59,071 bases of DNA, filler included, from Acidimicrobiia bacterium (GCA_029210695.1; 15 parts of 15 records of this genome joined end to end with filler, not necessarily neighbours in it), one strand, 5' to 3'; positions 1 to 10,491 are shown, counted from the first letter of the whole stretch. Numbers and translations: made by a program. The notes: generated by a model not told the origin, from the sequence alone.

Positions 1-86
1 CGACGTCTCGTCCCATCACCCTGATAATCCATAACTCCATCCTCGCTTCCAAGCTCCGGAGTCTCCAACTCTCCCAGAACGATTCA
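1..86 (-). mobile_element. Left end of an IS3-family (IS6110/IS51-like) element, inserted in the relaxase gene
   Basis: Minus strand reads TGAATCGTTCTGGGAGAGTTGGAGACTCC...GAGGATGGAGTTATGGAT, resembling the IS6110 left end plus orfA start; near-identical copy at 10415-10491. Confidence 0.75.
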
Positions 87-2569
87 TAGAGCCATTCTCG
101 GTCAACGCCGTCACCCGCGACGGTGTGGGCACGCCGTGCGGTTGCGCCTTGGGCCTTGTGGCCGGTGAGGGCGTAGCCCCAGTCGAGGTTGCCTTCGTCG
201 ATGTACCAATGCGGAACGGTCACGACGTTGTTGGTGCGGTCGAGTCTGAGCGTGATCGTGCGCCGTTCCGTATCCACGGCCGTGACGGTTGCGAGGTCGC
301 CGTTGAGGACTCCCAGCCGGGATCGGTTCTTGAGGCACACGGCTCTGTCTCCTGCCTGGAAGATACGATCGCCGGCGTTCACCGTAGGTCCGTGGAGCAA
401 TCCGGCTTCAGCGATACGGGCGCGGGCCTGCTGGTTGAGCTGATCGACGGTGGTGTTGCGGTGCCCGATGAGAAGCACCTGGGCAGGGTCACCGGCATCT
501 TCGACGTCTCGGTACCAGGCGTCGACGGCTTGGGTGATGGTGTCATCGGTGGTGGTGGCTACGTTGATCAGTCCGCGCCGGTCATACATGGCCACCGCCC
601 GGGAGATCGAGCCGTGCCGAAGCTCGGCCAGGGCGGTGCGTTCCCATTCCTGGTCCTGGCGGACGTTCTCGGTCAGCTCGATAGCCGTCAGGCGAGCCGT
701 CAGTGCAGCGAATAGGCCGCCGGCGTCGATCTCGGCGAGCTGGTGGTGGTCGCCGATCAGGATGAGCTTGCCGGATGCTGCTTCGACCAGGTCGGAGACC
801 TCGGCGAGCTGGCGGCTGCCGACCATGCCTGCCTCGTCGACGACGACGATGGCACCGGTTGGGAGACCACAGGCGGCCTTGGTTTCCCATAGGAAGCGGG
901 TGATGGTGGCGGAGGGGATGCCGGTGGCGGTTTCGAAGCCGGCGGCTGCTCGGGCGGCCAGCGCCGTTCCAAAGACGGGGGTTCCTGTTTCGGTGGCGAG
1001 TTCCTCGATGACGGCCATGACGGTTGTCTTGCCGGTCCCGGCCGCTCCAACGCCAATGTCGATGGTGTTTCCGGATGTGGCGAAGTGGCGCATCATCGCC
1101 TGCTGCCCTTTGGTGAGGTTTGGTTGAGTTGCGAGGGCGGCTTCGACTTGCGCCTCAGGGGCGGTCCATCGTTCGGCTGCGATGCCGTTCTGGGCGCGGT
1201 CGATGATCCGCTGTTCGATGGTGAGGAGTTCGGTGGTTGTGTAGCGGCGTTCGTTGACCAGTCCCGGGAACGTGTCGCCGTTCGCGCGTCGCATGATGGG
1301 AGCATTGGCCGAGTTGACGACCTCGAGGAGGCGTTCGAGTTCGGACGGTTCGAGGTCGAGCGGCAAGTCACTCAGCGGATCTGTTGTGGGATGGGTGGGG
1401 AGGATCGGGATCACGTCAGCACGGTGCAGGAACGTGTCGGCGAGGCCCTCGATCTGGGCTCGGCGTCCGCCGTCTGGCAACGCCTCTGCGGCGGCTGCGA
1501 CCACGTCCGCACGCCCGAAGGTCGATGCCTGAGCAGTGAGCCCCTCGGCCGACGCCATACGATCGAATACCGGTCCGCGCTCAGGCACTTCGACCTCACG
1601 CCCCCGCTCAAGCAACGCAACCACCGATACTGGGGTCAGCCCGACCTCGGTGCCCCGCTCCAGCCAGGCCGGCATCAGAACATCGACCGGGTGTTCTTGC
1701 TTCGGTGTACGGGTCGCCAGGGTGGCGGCTTCGTTGGCAGCGGGGGTGTCGGCAAAGCCATGAGAGTCCCGCCATGCCTCGATCTCCTGCCGCCGCTGGG
1801 AGAAGGCAGTGATTTGGGCGCGGGTGAAGCCTTCGATATCGGCCATCCCGTTGCGAACGGGCTGCCAGCGAACACCGAGACGCTCGGTCAATCGGGCCCT
1901 GAGTTCGGCTTCGTGAAGGTATCCAGCGTCGAGCTGATGCCGGTACAAGAGTCGCCCGTCGATGGCCCGCCAAACGCCGTCGACACCCTCGACCCGGTTG
2001 CCCACCACCACGTGGGTGTGGAGCTGGGGGTCGTCGCTGCGACTCGTGAACTCGGTGAACCACGCCGCCACATACCCGGTGGTCCGGATCGACCAGGTCT
2101 CGACCCGCTGACGGGTCGTCCCGTCCTCGTCGAGGATTGGGTTGCCGTCGCGGTCGGTGACGGGCACCCGGGATGCTCCCCGGGTCGAGGAAGCCACCGA
2201 CTCCAGATAGGCGACCGCCTCGGCGGTGGCTTCCTCGAACGCCTCGACCACGTGGCGGCGGACCTCATCGTCCCCGAAGGCCCACAACAGCGACACCGAC
2301 TTGTCCGCCGAGAACGTCAAATCCCACGCCGCCACCCCGTCCTTGCGAAGCTGCCGCCCCAGCTGCTCCCCCGTCGCCGGGTGCTGACCATCAAACAAAC
2401 GGACCAGACCCTCCGCCGACACGGTTCCCGCTAGGTCCTGTTCGGCAGCGCCGCTGCCGTGCCAACGACCCGTGGCGGTTCCACCTCGCAGGTAGTAGTC
2501 CTCCCTGGGTGTGATCTCGCCCAGTTTCTGGAGGTAGTAGTCCTTGTGGGCCTTGGCGAGACTCAGCAT
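86..2569 (-). pseudogene. MOBF (TrwC/TraI-type) relaxase-helicase, 3'-truncated by an IS
   Basis: Missing from the ORF track because it runs off the window. My translation: MLSLAKAHKDYY...EDYY, DLTFSADKSVS, TSRSDDPQLHTH, Walker A GAAGTGKTT, Walker B VVVDEAGM, GYALTGHKAQG; breaks at WLY just before helicase motif VI. Confidence 0.9.
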
Positions 2570-2604
2570 CCGGACACTCCCGAACGGTCGACCAGGAGAC
2601 ACCG

Positions 2605-2678
2605 GGCAACTTGTCAGTGGTTTACCTTCGGGTGGGAGCGCCGGTTGGTGCTCTTGGAGACTGGTGATGGCCACGGTG
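2605..2678 (+). repeat. Repeated IS-like terminus (GGCAACTTGTCAGTGG...)
   Basis: Reverse-complement copy at about 22741-22814; both copies sit at contig ends. Confidence 0.65.
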
Positions 2679-2778
2679 NNNNNNNNNNNNNNNNNNNNNN
2701 NNNNNNNNNNNNNNNNNNNNNNTTAATTAATTAANNNNNNNNNNNNNNNNNNNNNNNNNNNNNNNNNNNNNNNNNNNN
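2679..2778. other. Artificial contig linker (Ns + TTAATTAATTAA); first of 14
   Basis: Same 100-bp linker starts at 5249, 7787, 10315, 12740, 14909, 16848, 18577, 20238, 21461, 22638, 23805, 24965 and 56774. Confidence 0.99.
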
Positions 2779-2850
2779 CCAGTGTGACCGAAAACGACCT
2801 CGAACGCGAGCACCCCCGACCCACAACCACCAACTTTTTCGGCAGCCACC
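2779..2850 (+). mobile_element. IS terminus (IS5/IS1182-like) next to a CTAG target
   Basis: Near-identical copy at 5349-5422; both end ...ACTTTTTCGGCAGCCAC followed by CTAG. Confidence 0.65.
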
Positions 2851-3326
2851 TAGAGATACACCCCGGGGAACTCGTCCTTGTCCTCGACCGGCGGCAATGC
2901 CGGCTGCTGTTGAATCTGCTGTAGTTGCGCCCGGGTGGCCAGTTGCTGGCTGAACAACGAGGCCTGGATGCCGTGGAACAGCCCTTCGAGCCATCCGATC
3001 AACTGTGCTTGGGCGATCCGCAACTCCGACTCGCTCGGAGTTTCGGTGTGAATGGGAACAAAGATGTCGTTGAATTCCTCGCGGAGGTCTTCGGACAGCA
3101 CGTCTTCGAGTTCGGCCAGCGTTCGCTGGTGGACGTCCAGCAGCCTGCGGCGTCCTGCTTCGTCGAGCGGCGCCTGGCGCACCTCGTCCAGCATCGCTCG
3201 CGTCATCGAGGCCAGGCGGATCAGCTTCGTCGGGTGTGTGACGAAGCTCTCTTCCTTGGCCTCCACGGTTGACTCCGGCGTCTCCACGACTTCCGGATGC
3301 AGCGGCTGTTCGGGTTCGGCGATCAT
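2850..3326 (-). CDS. bpa: Bacterial proteasome activator Bpa/PafE (DUF2587)
   Basis: PTKLIRLASM...LDEVRQAPLDEAGR...ELRIAQAQLIGWLEGLFHGIQ; C-terminal HbYX-type tail GVYL. Confidence 0.92.
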   Translation of the reverse strand: MIAEPEQPLHPEVVETPESTVEAKEESFVTHPTKLIRLASMTRAMLDEVRQAPLDEAGRRRLLDVHQRTLAELEDVLSEDLREEFNDIFVPIHTETPSESELRIAQAQLIGWLEGLFHGIQASLFSQQLATRAQLQQIQQQPALPPVEDKDEFPGVYL

Positions 3327-3376
3327 TTGGCTCCTCGAAGGTGTCTCCTTTGAAGCCTAGCCAGGCTCGAGATTTC

Positions 3377-4117
3377 TCATCCCCGACTTGCTTTCTCCGC
3401 AGAGAGACGTTCCAGGAAGCGCTCGGAGTCGACGCCGGCATCCGGTCCGAACACCCTGGCGCGTAAAGGGTCGGCGATCGTTGCTGCGATTCTGCGCCGT
3501 GTGTCCGGGTCGAGTTCGTCGCGGCGTTCGAGGAACTGGCGAACGACGGCCACTTCCGCGGAGGTGACTCCGCTCACGTCCCAGGCCGGGCCAGTCGTTG
3601 CCGGTATGTCCTCGAGGAGGGTGCCGGTGTTTCTCGCCCCGCGCCGATCGCGGATCACGACCGTCGAGGCCGCGATATCTCCGAGGCGCTGGTGTTTGGC
3701 GGTGGTGGCGATGGCGATGATTCCGATGAAGTAGACGCCCGGCAGGAGGTCGACGATGCGAATGATGTTCCGAATGGCGCTGGTGGTGAACCCAACGGGA
3801 CCGCCCCCGACGGTGACGACGCGTATGCCGGTCGCCTGTTTCCCGGGTGTTCGTCCCGAGTTCAAGGTTTCGAAGGCGATGTCGTACACAAAGAACAGCG
3901 AGAAGAACACGATCCATACGAACGCGGTTGCCAGAGCTGAGCCATCCTCTCCCAGTCCGGAGAGGAACCAGCTGAAGATGAGAACCACCAGAAGCACGAA
4001 GCCCTTGATGATCGTGTCGAGGAGGCTGGCGGCGGCCCTGGAGCCGAGACCCGCTAGCGTCAGCTCCAGCGTGACACCCTCGGGAGTTTGGATGGTGATG
4101 CGATCGTCGAGTTCCAC
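3377..4117 (-). CDS. RDD family membrane protein
   Basis: GTG start ELDDRITIQTPEGVTL..LAGLGSR, GRTPGK, QRLGD motifs; the longer 590-aa ORF is an antisense extension. Confidence 0.88.
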   Translation of the reverse strand: MELDDRITIQTPEGVTLELTLAGLGSRAAASLLDTIIKGFVLLVVLIFSWFLSGLGEDGSALATAFVWIVFFSLFFVYDIAFETLNSGRTPGKQATGIRVVTVGGGPVGFTTSAIRNIIRIVDLLPGVYFIGIIAIATTAKHQRLGDIAASTVVIRDRRGARNTGTLLEDIPATTGPAWDVSGVTSAEVAVVRQFLERRDELDPDTRRRIAATIADPLRARVFGPDAGVDSERFLERLSAEKASRG

Positions 4118-4120
4118 GGC

Positions 4121-5080
4121 ATGAACCTTAAACGGTTCGTCGATGAACGCAGCGCTCGATGGGGCGAACTTGCCGGGCTCGTTGAGCAAGCAGGGACCCG
4201 TCCGGAGAAGCTCGATCCCGGCGCTCTCTTGAGACTCGGGTCGCTCTACCGGAGCACGACGGCCGACCTCGCCCTGGCGCGGAGGAGATTCCCGCGCGAT
4301 CCGATCGTCGGCCGGCTGGAGGACCTCGTCGGCAGGTCCAGGCACTCCGTGTACGAGGGAGGCAATCGCCGGCAGACGGTGCGCGAGTTCTTCAACCGCA
4401 CCTACTGGAGGTTGCTGACTGAGCGCTCTTCGATGCTGGTGCTGGCGGGGGTTGTGTTGTTCGCCCCGGCAATTCTGGCGTCGGCCTGGGCGCTTGCCGA
4501 GCCCGAAACGGCACGGGCCGTGGTTCCGGCAGGTTTCCTGTGGGTTACCGAGTCGCGACCGGAAGGGACGGATATGGGCCTGTCGACGCTCGGTCTCGCC
4601 GGGTTCTCGACGTTCGTCTTCGTGAACAACATCCAGGTGACGCTCCTCGCCTTTGCGCTCGGCATCTTCTGGGGAGTCGGCACCGGTTGGGTGCTCTTCC
4701 AGAACGGTCTGATTCTCGGCGCCGTGGCCGGGTTGGGGGTGGAGGCCGGGAACGGAGATCTTCTCGTTGCCGCACTGGCCGGTCATGGCATCCTCGAATT
4801 GAGCTGCATAGTCGTGGCGGGGGCGGCGGGTTTGTCGCTCGGTCGTTCCATACTCCGCCCCGGCCGTGTGACCCGCCGGAAGTCTTTGGTGATTGAAGCG
4901 CGGGCGTCCGTCCAAATCGTGCTGGGCACCATTCCCTGGCTGGTATTGGCCGGATTGCTGGAAGGTTTCCTGAGCAGGGTCGGCATCGGCCCGGCTCCCG
5001 TGACGGTGGTCGGAGTGACGGTCGGAGCGGTGTTCTGGGGCCTCCTCGTATGGCGAGGCAGACCCCCGCTTCCGCGATAG
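4121..5080 (+). CDS. Stage II sporulation protein M (SpoIIM/DUF95) membrane protein
   Basis: MNLKRFVDERSARW..., FVNNIQV, HGILEL, AGLLEGF; usual divergent partner of RDD genes. Confidence 0.88.
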   Translation: MNLKRFVDERSARWGELAGLVEQAGTRPEKLDPGALLRLGSLYRSTTADLALARRRFPRDPIVGRLEDLVGRSRHSVYEGGNRRQTVREFFNRTYWRLLTERSSMLVLAGVVLFAPAILASAWALAEPETARAVVPAGFLWVTESRPEGTDMGLSTLGLAGFSTFVFVNNIQVTLLAFALGIFWGVGTGWVLFQNGLILGAVAGLGVEAGNGDLLVAALAGHGILELSCIVVAGAAGLSLGRSILRPGRVTRRKSLVIEARASVQIVLGTIPWLVLAGLLEGFLSRVGIGPAPVTVVGVTVGAVFWGLLVWRGRPPLPR

Positions 5081-5169
5081 CCCGCCGCTCCACTGCCTAC
5101 TGCTTACTGCAATGGTGCGTATGGCAAGGTGCCAATTGCCAATTGCCAATTGCCAATTGCCTATGGCTT

Positions 5170-5248
5170 ATGGGGGAACCGCCAGGACATCGTTCCTCTG
5201 TTCCGCCATGACATCGTTCCTCTGATCGTGCGAGGAGGCATGTTGTGG
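5170..5248 (+). mobile_element. IS481-like left end
   Basis: Two GACATCGTTCCTCTG repeats, then GAGGAGG RBS and ATG at the contig end. Confidence 0.55.
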
Positions 5249-5421
5249 NNNNNNNNNNNNNNNNNNNNNNNNNNNNNNNNNNNNNNNNNNNNTTAATTAA
5301 TTAANNNNNNNNNNNNNNNNNNNNNNNNNNNNNNNNNNNNNNNNNNNNCTCCAGTGTGACCGAAAACGACCCCGAACGCGAGCACCCCCGACCCACAACC
5401 ACCAACTTTTTCGGCAGCCAC

Positions 5422-6538
5422 CTAGCAGGAGAGCGCGTTCTTGCATGCCCACGATCCCCTGGCCCGATCCCGGCAGCGTGTTTGGGGCCGTCCCCGTGTC
5501 GGTCACTTCAATGTCGAGGTGACCATCGGATTCTTCAACGCGCACCTGTGCCGTGGCGTCGACACCGCCGTGCTTGAGCACGTTGGTGAGTGCTTCTTGG
5601 ACAATGCGATACGCAAACAGATCCACCCTGACGGGAAGCTCGGACGGTACATCTGCGGCCAACGAGACGCTCATCCCGGTGTGTCTCAGTTGATCCACGA
5701 GTTCGTGAAGCTGGCTCAGGGCCGGTTGGGGACCGAGCTCGCCGGATGCTGTCTCGGGACGAAGCACACCGAGAAGATGGCGGAGTTCATCGAGCGCCCT
5801 ACGTCCAGCTTCCTCTATTGCACGAATCGCCCCCTGAGCTTGTTCGGGATCGTCCGCAACCACGAGTCGGGCGACACTCGCCTGCACGGTCATCACGCTC
5901 ACGTTATGTGCAACAACGTCGTGGAGCTCACGGGCAATGCCGGCGCGGGCGTCGGCGATGACTCGCTGGGCCTCGGTGGCCCGCTTCGATTCCAGATACT
6001 CGGTACGCTCCCGAGCGACGTGGCGTCGGATTCGGATCCGACGCCCCACGTACCACGGCAGCGTCGTCACAACCAGTGCCGTGACTACCTCAGTGACAGT
6101 GTCGCCATCGGTCACCTGGACGAAACCGACAATGGCGAGTGCGACGGCCAGCGCCGCCAGGCTGATCCTCCCCTCCGGGAAGTACCGACCAACCGCATAC
6201 AGCGACACCAGGATGTGAAATACCGGATTGCCCGGATAGCCGAACGCCGTCCAGGCGACCGTCATTGCGAGCACAACCCCCAACACGGTTGGGGACCGGC
6301 TGCGCCGCCAGAACAGAGCGACGCTGCCGATGGCCAGCATGAGAAACCCGGCAACGGGGATCTCCGAGATCCCCGCCGCATCCTGGGCAGCGACGTTCAC
6401 GACACTGGCGCCGAAGACAACGACCGCCACAGCGACGTCCACCCCACGCGCCGGAAGACGCAAGGGATCGCCGATCGCCCAGCCGCCAACACCCGTCGGA
6501 CTGGTCTCGATATCGCCGCTGTACCGCGGGTCAGTCAT
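5422..6538 (-). pseudogene. Membrane sensor histidine kinase (HisKA_3), C-terminus cut by an IS
   Basis: IARELHDVVAH, IVQEALTNVLKH, GSGQGIVGMQERALLLG, then the IS end at CTAG. Confidence 0.88.
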
Positions 6539-6924
6539 GGGGTGGCTTCTCCCGCGGTGACACCGAAGGTGTCGGCGTGGTAGGCCAGTTTCCAGTCGAG
6601 GTGTTCCAGATTGCTTTGCAGCTCAGCGGTTCGGGCCACGACGTTGGTGCGGTGCTCATGGAGCAGCAGCACCCGCTCGGGAATGGCCTCGTCGCCCGTG
6701 AAGGACAGTTCGGCGCAGCGCTGTATGTGCCGAACCGGGATGCCCTTCTCCCGCAGGCACTTCACCAGCTCTAGCCATTCGATGTCGGACTCGCCGTAGC
6801 GTCGGTGCCCGTTGGGGAGCCGTTGCACCCGAGGCATGAAGCCCGCCCGCTTGTAATAGCGAAGTGTGTCCAGCGACAGGTCCACGTGCGTCGCCATTTG
6901 CGACGGTGTCAGTGTTGTCGCCAT
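6535..6924 (-). CDS. MerR-family transcriptional regulator
   Basis: TLRYYKRAG...RLPNGHRRY...LVKCLR..GIP; ATG at 6924. Confidence 0.85.
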   Translation of the reverse strand: MATTLTPSQMATHVDLSLDTLRYYKRAGFMPRVQRLPNGHRRYGESDIEWLELVKCLREKGIPVRHIQRCAELSFTGDEAIPERVLLLHEHRTNVVARTAELQSNLEHLDWKLAYHADTFGVTAGEATP

Positions 6925-6937
6925 GGTCGGTCCTCTC

Positions 6938-6958
6938 ACCTGGAATCGACTCCAGGTT
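6938..6958. promoter_or_regulatory. MerR-type palindromic operator
   Basis: ACCTGGA-ATCGAC-TCCAGGT inverted repeat directly upstream of the merR-family gene. Confidence 0.6.
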
Positions 6959-7049
6959 ACCGGTGTCAGTGAGACCGAGACGCCTGCCTGGAAGAGCAGG
7001 GTGCTCTTCGGCGACGGCAATAGAAGGCCGCCCAGATCGCCCAAGCCGC

Positions 7050-7440
7050 TGCAATCCTTCGCGACCTTCTCAGCGAACACCTCGACCAACACGTGCCCCA
7101 CGAACCCGACGCACTGGTGTTCACCCCACCGCTGGTGCGCCACTTCGCAACAGCAACTTCCGGCGGCAGGTCTGGTACTCAACAGTCGAGCGGGCCGGAC
7201 TACCGGAAAGCCTCAGGATTCACGGTTAACGCCACACCTGCGCCAGCCTCCTCATCGCCCGCCGGCGCCAACCCCAAAGCCGTTCAGGAGCACCTCGGCC
7301 ACTCGTCGATCTCGGTGACCATGGACCGCTTTGCCCACCTGTCCCCTCCGACGTGGACGACCTCGTTAGACGGCTCACCGACATCCGGGCTCGAAGTCTC
7401 GCGGCCCAGCCGCGGCCCAGAGACCGGTCACGCGGAATAG
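7050..7440 (+). pseudogene. Degraded tyrosine integrase C-terminus
   Basis: Frameshifted pieces GAPLRNSNFRRQVW, LRIHG*RHTCASLL, NPKAVQEHLGHSSISVTMDRFAHL (catalytic Tyr position reads F). Confidence 0.8.
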
Positions 7441-7490
7441 AACTCGGGGGAAGATGACAGAAAGCCCCTGCAAACACAGGGGCTTCACTA

Positions 7491-7533
7491 GCACGCCCGG
7501 AGGGACTCGAACCCCCAACCTTCTGATCCGTAG
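7491..7533 (-). repeat. att-site copy of the tRNA-Arg(ACG) 3' half
   Basis: CTACGGATCAGAAGGTTGGGGGTTCGAGTCCCTCCGGGCGTGC: anticodon loop to acceptor stem only, no 5' half; hairpin AAGCCCCTG..CAGGGGCTT at 7462-7485. Confidence 0.8.
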
Positions 7534-7886
7534 GCAGAATCAGACACGTTCTCCTGGTGGTGGCAAGTGCCGCCTCGTGCCGTCTTGCAGGGACTTTCCT
7601 GGAGTTTCGGGGTCATCCGGTACGACGCGACATCCGACGACACGACACGTATGCATACATTCGACATACATCGACAATCAAAAAAGCTGCTAGTGGTCCG
7701 TCGCGGATGTGGTGACTTGGTCTCCTGCCGGACGATCCCCGCTGTGGCAGGGTTCGTGGCACTGCCTACCCCGGTCATCAAATAGCNNNNNNNNNNNNNN
7801 NNNNNNNNNNNNNNNNNNNNNNNNNNNNNNTTAATTAATTAANNNNNNNNNNNNNNNNNNNNNNNNNNNNNNNNNNNNNNNNNNNN

Positions 7887-7963
7887 CCATCTACTTTCCC
7901 GGACGAATCAACATCGTCTAAATGACCACCGCCACCCACTTACACAGAATCCCTGACAGGCCC
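7887..7963 (+). mobile_element. IS256-family right end
   Basis: IYFPGRINIV* transposase tail, then TTACACAGAATCCCTGACAGGCCC terminus. Confidence 0.7.
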
Positions 7964-8456
7964 GAAGTTCCTGGGGAGCGGTGAACACCAGGTGGCGCAT
8001 CTGCACCAAGGTGGAGATGCGATGATTACGCGCCGACCGGCGCGCTACCAGCAGCGCCCGGATGGCTTCCACCGGCCCGTCCTTGGTCTTAGCCAACCCG
8101 GTTGCCCGACCCGACAGGGCCGCCCGAGCAGCTTCTATGGCATCGACGGGGTCGGATTTGCCGGTGCGCGATCGCGCTTGCCGGTTGGGGCGGTCAACCT
8201 CGATCACCTCCACGTCGTGTTCCATCAAGAACTGGGCCAAACCAGCCCCATAGGATCCAGTGCCCTCCACCCCGACCCGATGGGGGACACCGAATCCGCT
8301 CAACCAGGCCAACAGTGCCTCATACCCTGCCCGGGTGGTATCAAATGACGCCACTCCGAACAGGCCCCCAATCGGGTCCAACGCCGCTGCCACATGAACA
8401 TCCAGATGGGTATCCACCCCACCAGTCACAACACGCTCTGTCTCTACCATGATCAC
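7964..8456 (-). pseudogene. IS110-family recombinase N-terminal (DEDD) part, interrupted by IS256
   Basis: GGVDTHLDVHVAA, GVEGTGSYGAGL, GKSDPVDA. Confidence 0.9.
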
Positions 8457-8853
8457 GTTGCCATCCCTTTCTATCGCTAAATGGGCAAGGGGTGGCACGC
8501 ACTTGCCGGAACGGCGGAACTGGATCAGAACGCCTCGGCTAAAAGGCGCACTGTGTCCACCGCCCGACCGGTGAGTGCCGGGGCCCCCAGGGATCTGACC
8601 GACGCGTCATTCGCAAGACAACCAAACAGGTGTCAGCCGGTTCGTTGGTCAGGCCCGATCCCCGGAGACCACCCGACCGTAACCGTCCAACCGCCGGCAA
8701 CGGTGGACCCTCCGATCAGGCCCCCACATCATCACCCTGCCGGATATCTCTCGCTGGAGGGTGTCCGATATCGCTCGATGCTGTGAGCGATATGTGCGGC
8801 CGTGCAAACTGTGGCTTGTTTCGATGTGCCGCGGCACCGGAACTCCGTTTGAG

Positions 8854-8882
8854 TTGAAGGATATTTCGGAAACCGATATATT
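8854..8882 (+). promoter_or_regulatory. Putative promoter and overlapping PadR operator
   Basis: TTGAAG-17 bp-TATATT, 7 bp before the ATG at 8890; imperfect palindrome ATATTTCGGAAACCGATATAT. Confidence 0.55.
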
Positions 8883-8889
8883 ACGGGTC

Positions 8890-9234
8890 ATGAAGTCTCT
8901 GCGTCGGCCTACTCGGCTCATCCTGACCGCTCTCGCGAGTCGCCCCATGCATGGCTACGGCATCCTCCGGGTGGTAGAGGAGCTCTCGGCGGGTTCGGTG
9001 AGGTTGGCGGTCGGGACCCTCTACGGAGCGCTGGAGCGTCTCGAATCGGAGGGCGCGATCGTGGAGGACCGGCAAGAAGTCGAGAACGGTCGACTCCGCC
9101 GTTACTACCGGCTCACCGACCACGGGCGAGAAGTGCTCAGCACCGAGATGGCGGTCCTCGAAGCCGACGTTCGGGCCGCACGACGGAGTCTGGCGTCCCA
9201 TTCGGTGATCCCAGCGGTCGGGGGCTCGGCATGA
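8890..9234 (+). CDS. PadR-family regulator
   Basis: LILTALASRPMHGYGI...GTLYGALERLE...RRYYRLTDHG. Confidence 0.93.
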   Translation: MKSLRRPTRLILTALASRPMHGYGILRVVEELSAGSVRLAVGTLYGALERLESEGAIVEDRQEVENGRLRRYYRLTDHGREVLSTEMAVLEADVRAARRSLASHSVIPAVGGSA

Positions 9235-10127
9235 CCAATCGCGAGTTGTGGTTTCGAATCGTTGTCCGTGCCTTCCCGCAGGAGTATCGCGTCGAGCACG
9301 AGAACGAGATTGTCGAGGCGGTACTGACAACTTCACCAGACGGGTTCTGGTCTGGTGTCCGAGAGTCCGTAGCGCTGGTGCGCGCCGGTGTCGGCATGAC
9401 GGCGCGACACAGCGGAACCAAGATGCCTCTCTTGGCGGTCACTGCTTGGGGTGCGGCGATCTGGCTGGGTGGGCTCTTGGGTGCTGGGGCTTTTGTCCGT
9501 CCGCTCGTCGGCGCGAGCGAGTCGAGTTCCGTTGCCGAGTTCGCCACCGGTTATTGGGCGGCGCTACTGGGAGCTGTGCTGCTGTTGATAGCCGTGGTGC
9601 TCGCTCGACGGAGCATATGGATGGCAGCCGTCGCCGGTGCAGCCGGGGTTGCCCTGACCGCGCTGTGGAACTCCGATCCGTATTGGGGGTTTCCCTCGTC
9701 GCTTTGGTACGAGTTCCGGTGGTTGGGTCTCGCTCTCATCGGGTATGCGCTTGTGGCGCGCCACTCCGCCGCCCCTGTGTGGGCGTTCGCGCTCGCCTCC
9801 GCGATGGCCACGATCGCATTCAGCCTTCTCGCGGGCGTCGTGCGGTTGGGTGAGTCCTACAGCACTCTGTGGTGGAACGAAACCGTGAGGGCCTCCACAG
9901 TGATCCTGGTGATCGTCGCCGTTGTACTCGTATGGTTCGTGCGCGGGCTGGGAGCAGTAGCGATCGTCCCGATCGCCCATCTCACGATGGCCCTCGCCCT
10001 GCGGTTGACCGGAGAAGCGCTAATCGGGGGGGCTGCCCTCATCTACTTCGCAACCGCTGCCTACCTCAGCCTCAAGCGACGACCGCAGGTAGCCAACCTT
10101 CAGCCGTCCTATCCGGCCAAAGGATGA
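9231..10127 (+). CDS. Multi-pass membrane protein, PadR partner
   Basis: ATGA overlap with padR; RAFPQEYRVEHENEI N-terminus; many hydrophobic segments. Confidence 0.8.
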   Translation: MTNRELWFRIVVRAFPQEYRVEHENEIVEAVLTTSPDGFWSGVRESVALVRAGVGMTARHSGTKMPLLAVTAWGAAIWLGGLLGAGAFVRPLVGASESSSVAEFATGYWAALLGAVLLLIAVVLARRSIWMAAVAGAAGVALTALWNSDPYWGFPSSLWYEFRWLGLALIGYALVARHSAAPVWAFALASAMATIAFSLLAGVVRLGESYSTLWWNETVRASTVILVIVAVVLVWFVRGLGAVAIVPIAHLTMALALRLTGEALIGGAALIYFATAAYLSLKRRPQVANLQPSYPAKG

Positions 10128-10205
10128 CGTCACCAAGGCAGGACCATTCGACCCCGAACAACCAATCCCGGACAGGAACGCACCTCACGCCAAACCGAGC
10201 AGAGC

Positions 10206-10314
10206 GAGGCCTGTTTGGTTGTCAAGGGGTGTTTTGTGCGCGGTGGAGTGCCTTGCCGGATCGGCAAGCTCGGTGGTGTGGGCGTAGGCTGGGGGTTGGC
10301 CCGGGGTGGCTTTG
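10206..10314 (-). mobile_element. IS110-family right end
   Basis: GCCTGTTTGGTTGTCAAGGGGTGTTTTG matches the reverse complement of the IS110 end at 11166-11193. Confidence 0.65.
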
Positions 10315-10414
10315 NNNNNNNNNNNNNNNNNNNNNNNNNNNNNNNNNNNNNNNNNNNNTTAATTAATTAANNNNNNNNNNNNNNNNNNNNNNNNNNNNNN
10401 NNNNNNNNNNNNNN

Positions 10415-10491
10415 GTCCCATCACCCTGATAATCCATAACTCCATCCTCGCTTCCAAGCTCCGGAGTCTCCAACTCTCCCAGGGCGATTCA
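10415..10491 (-). mobile_element. IS6110-like left end, second copy
   Basis: Matches 10-86 with 2 mismatches. Confidence 0.75.

Noticed and set aside
1085..2434. 449-aa plus-strand ORF and similar long ORFs (5441-6583, 17469-18473, 38001-39467, 47888-49072)
   Set aside because: Antisense shadows of real genes in high-GC DNA; no motifs
5130..5161. (TGCCAAT)x4 tandem heptamer
   Set aside because: Short intergenic simple repeat with no spacers and no evidence of function
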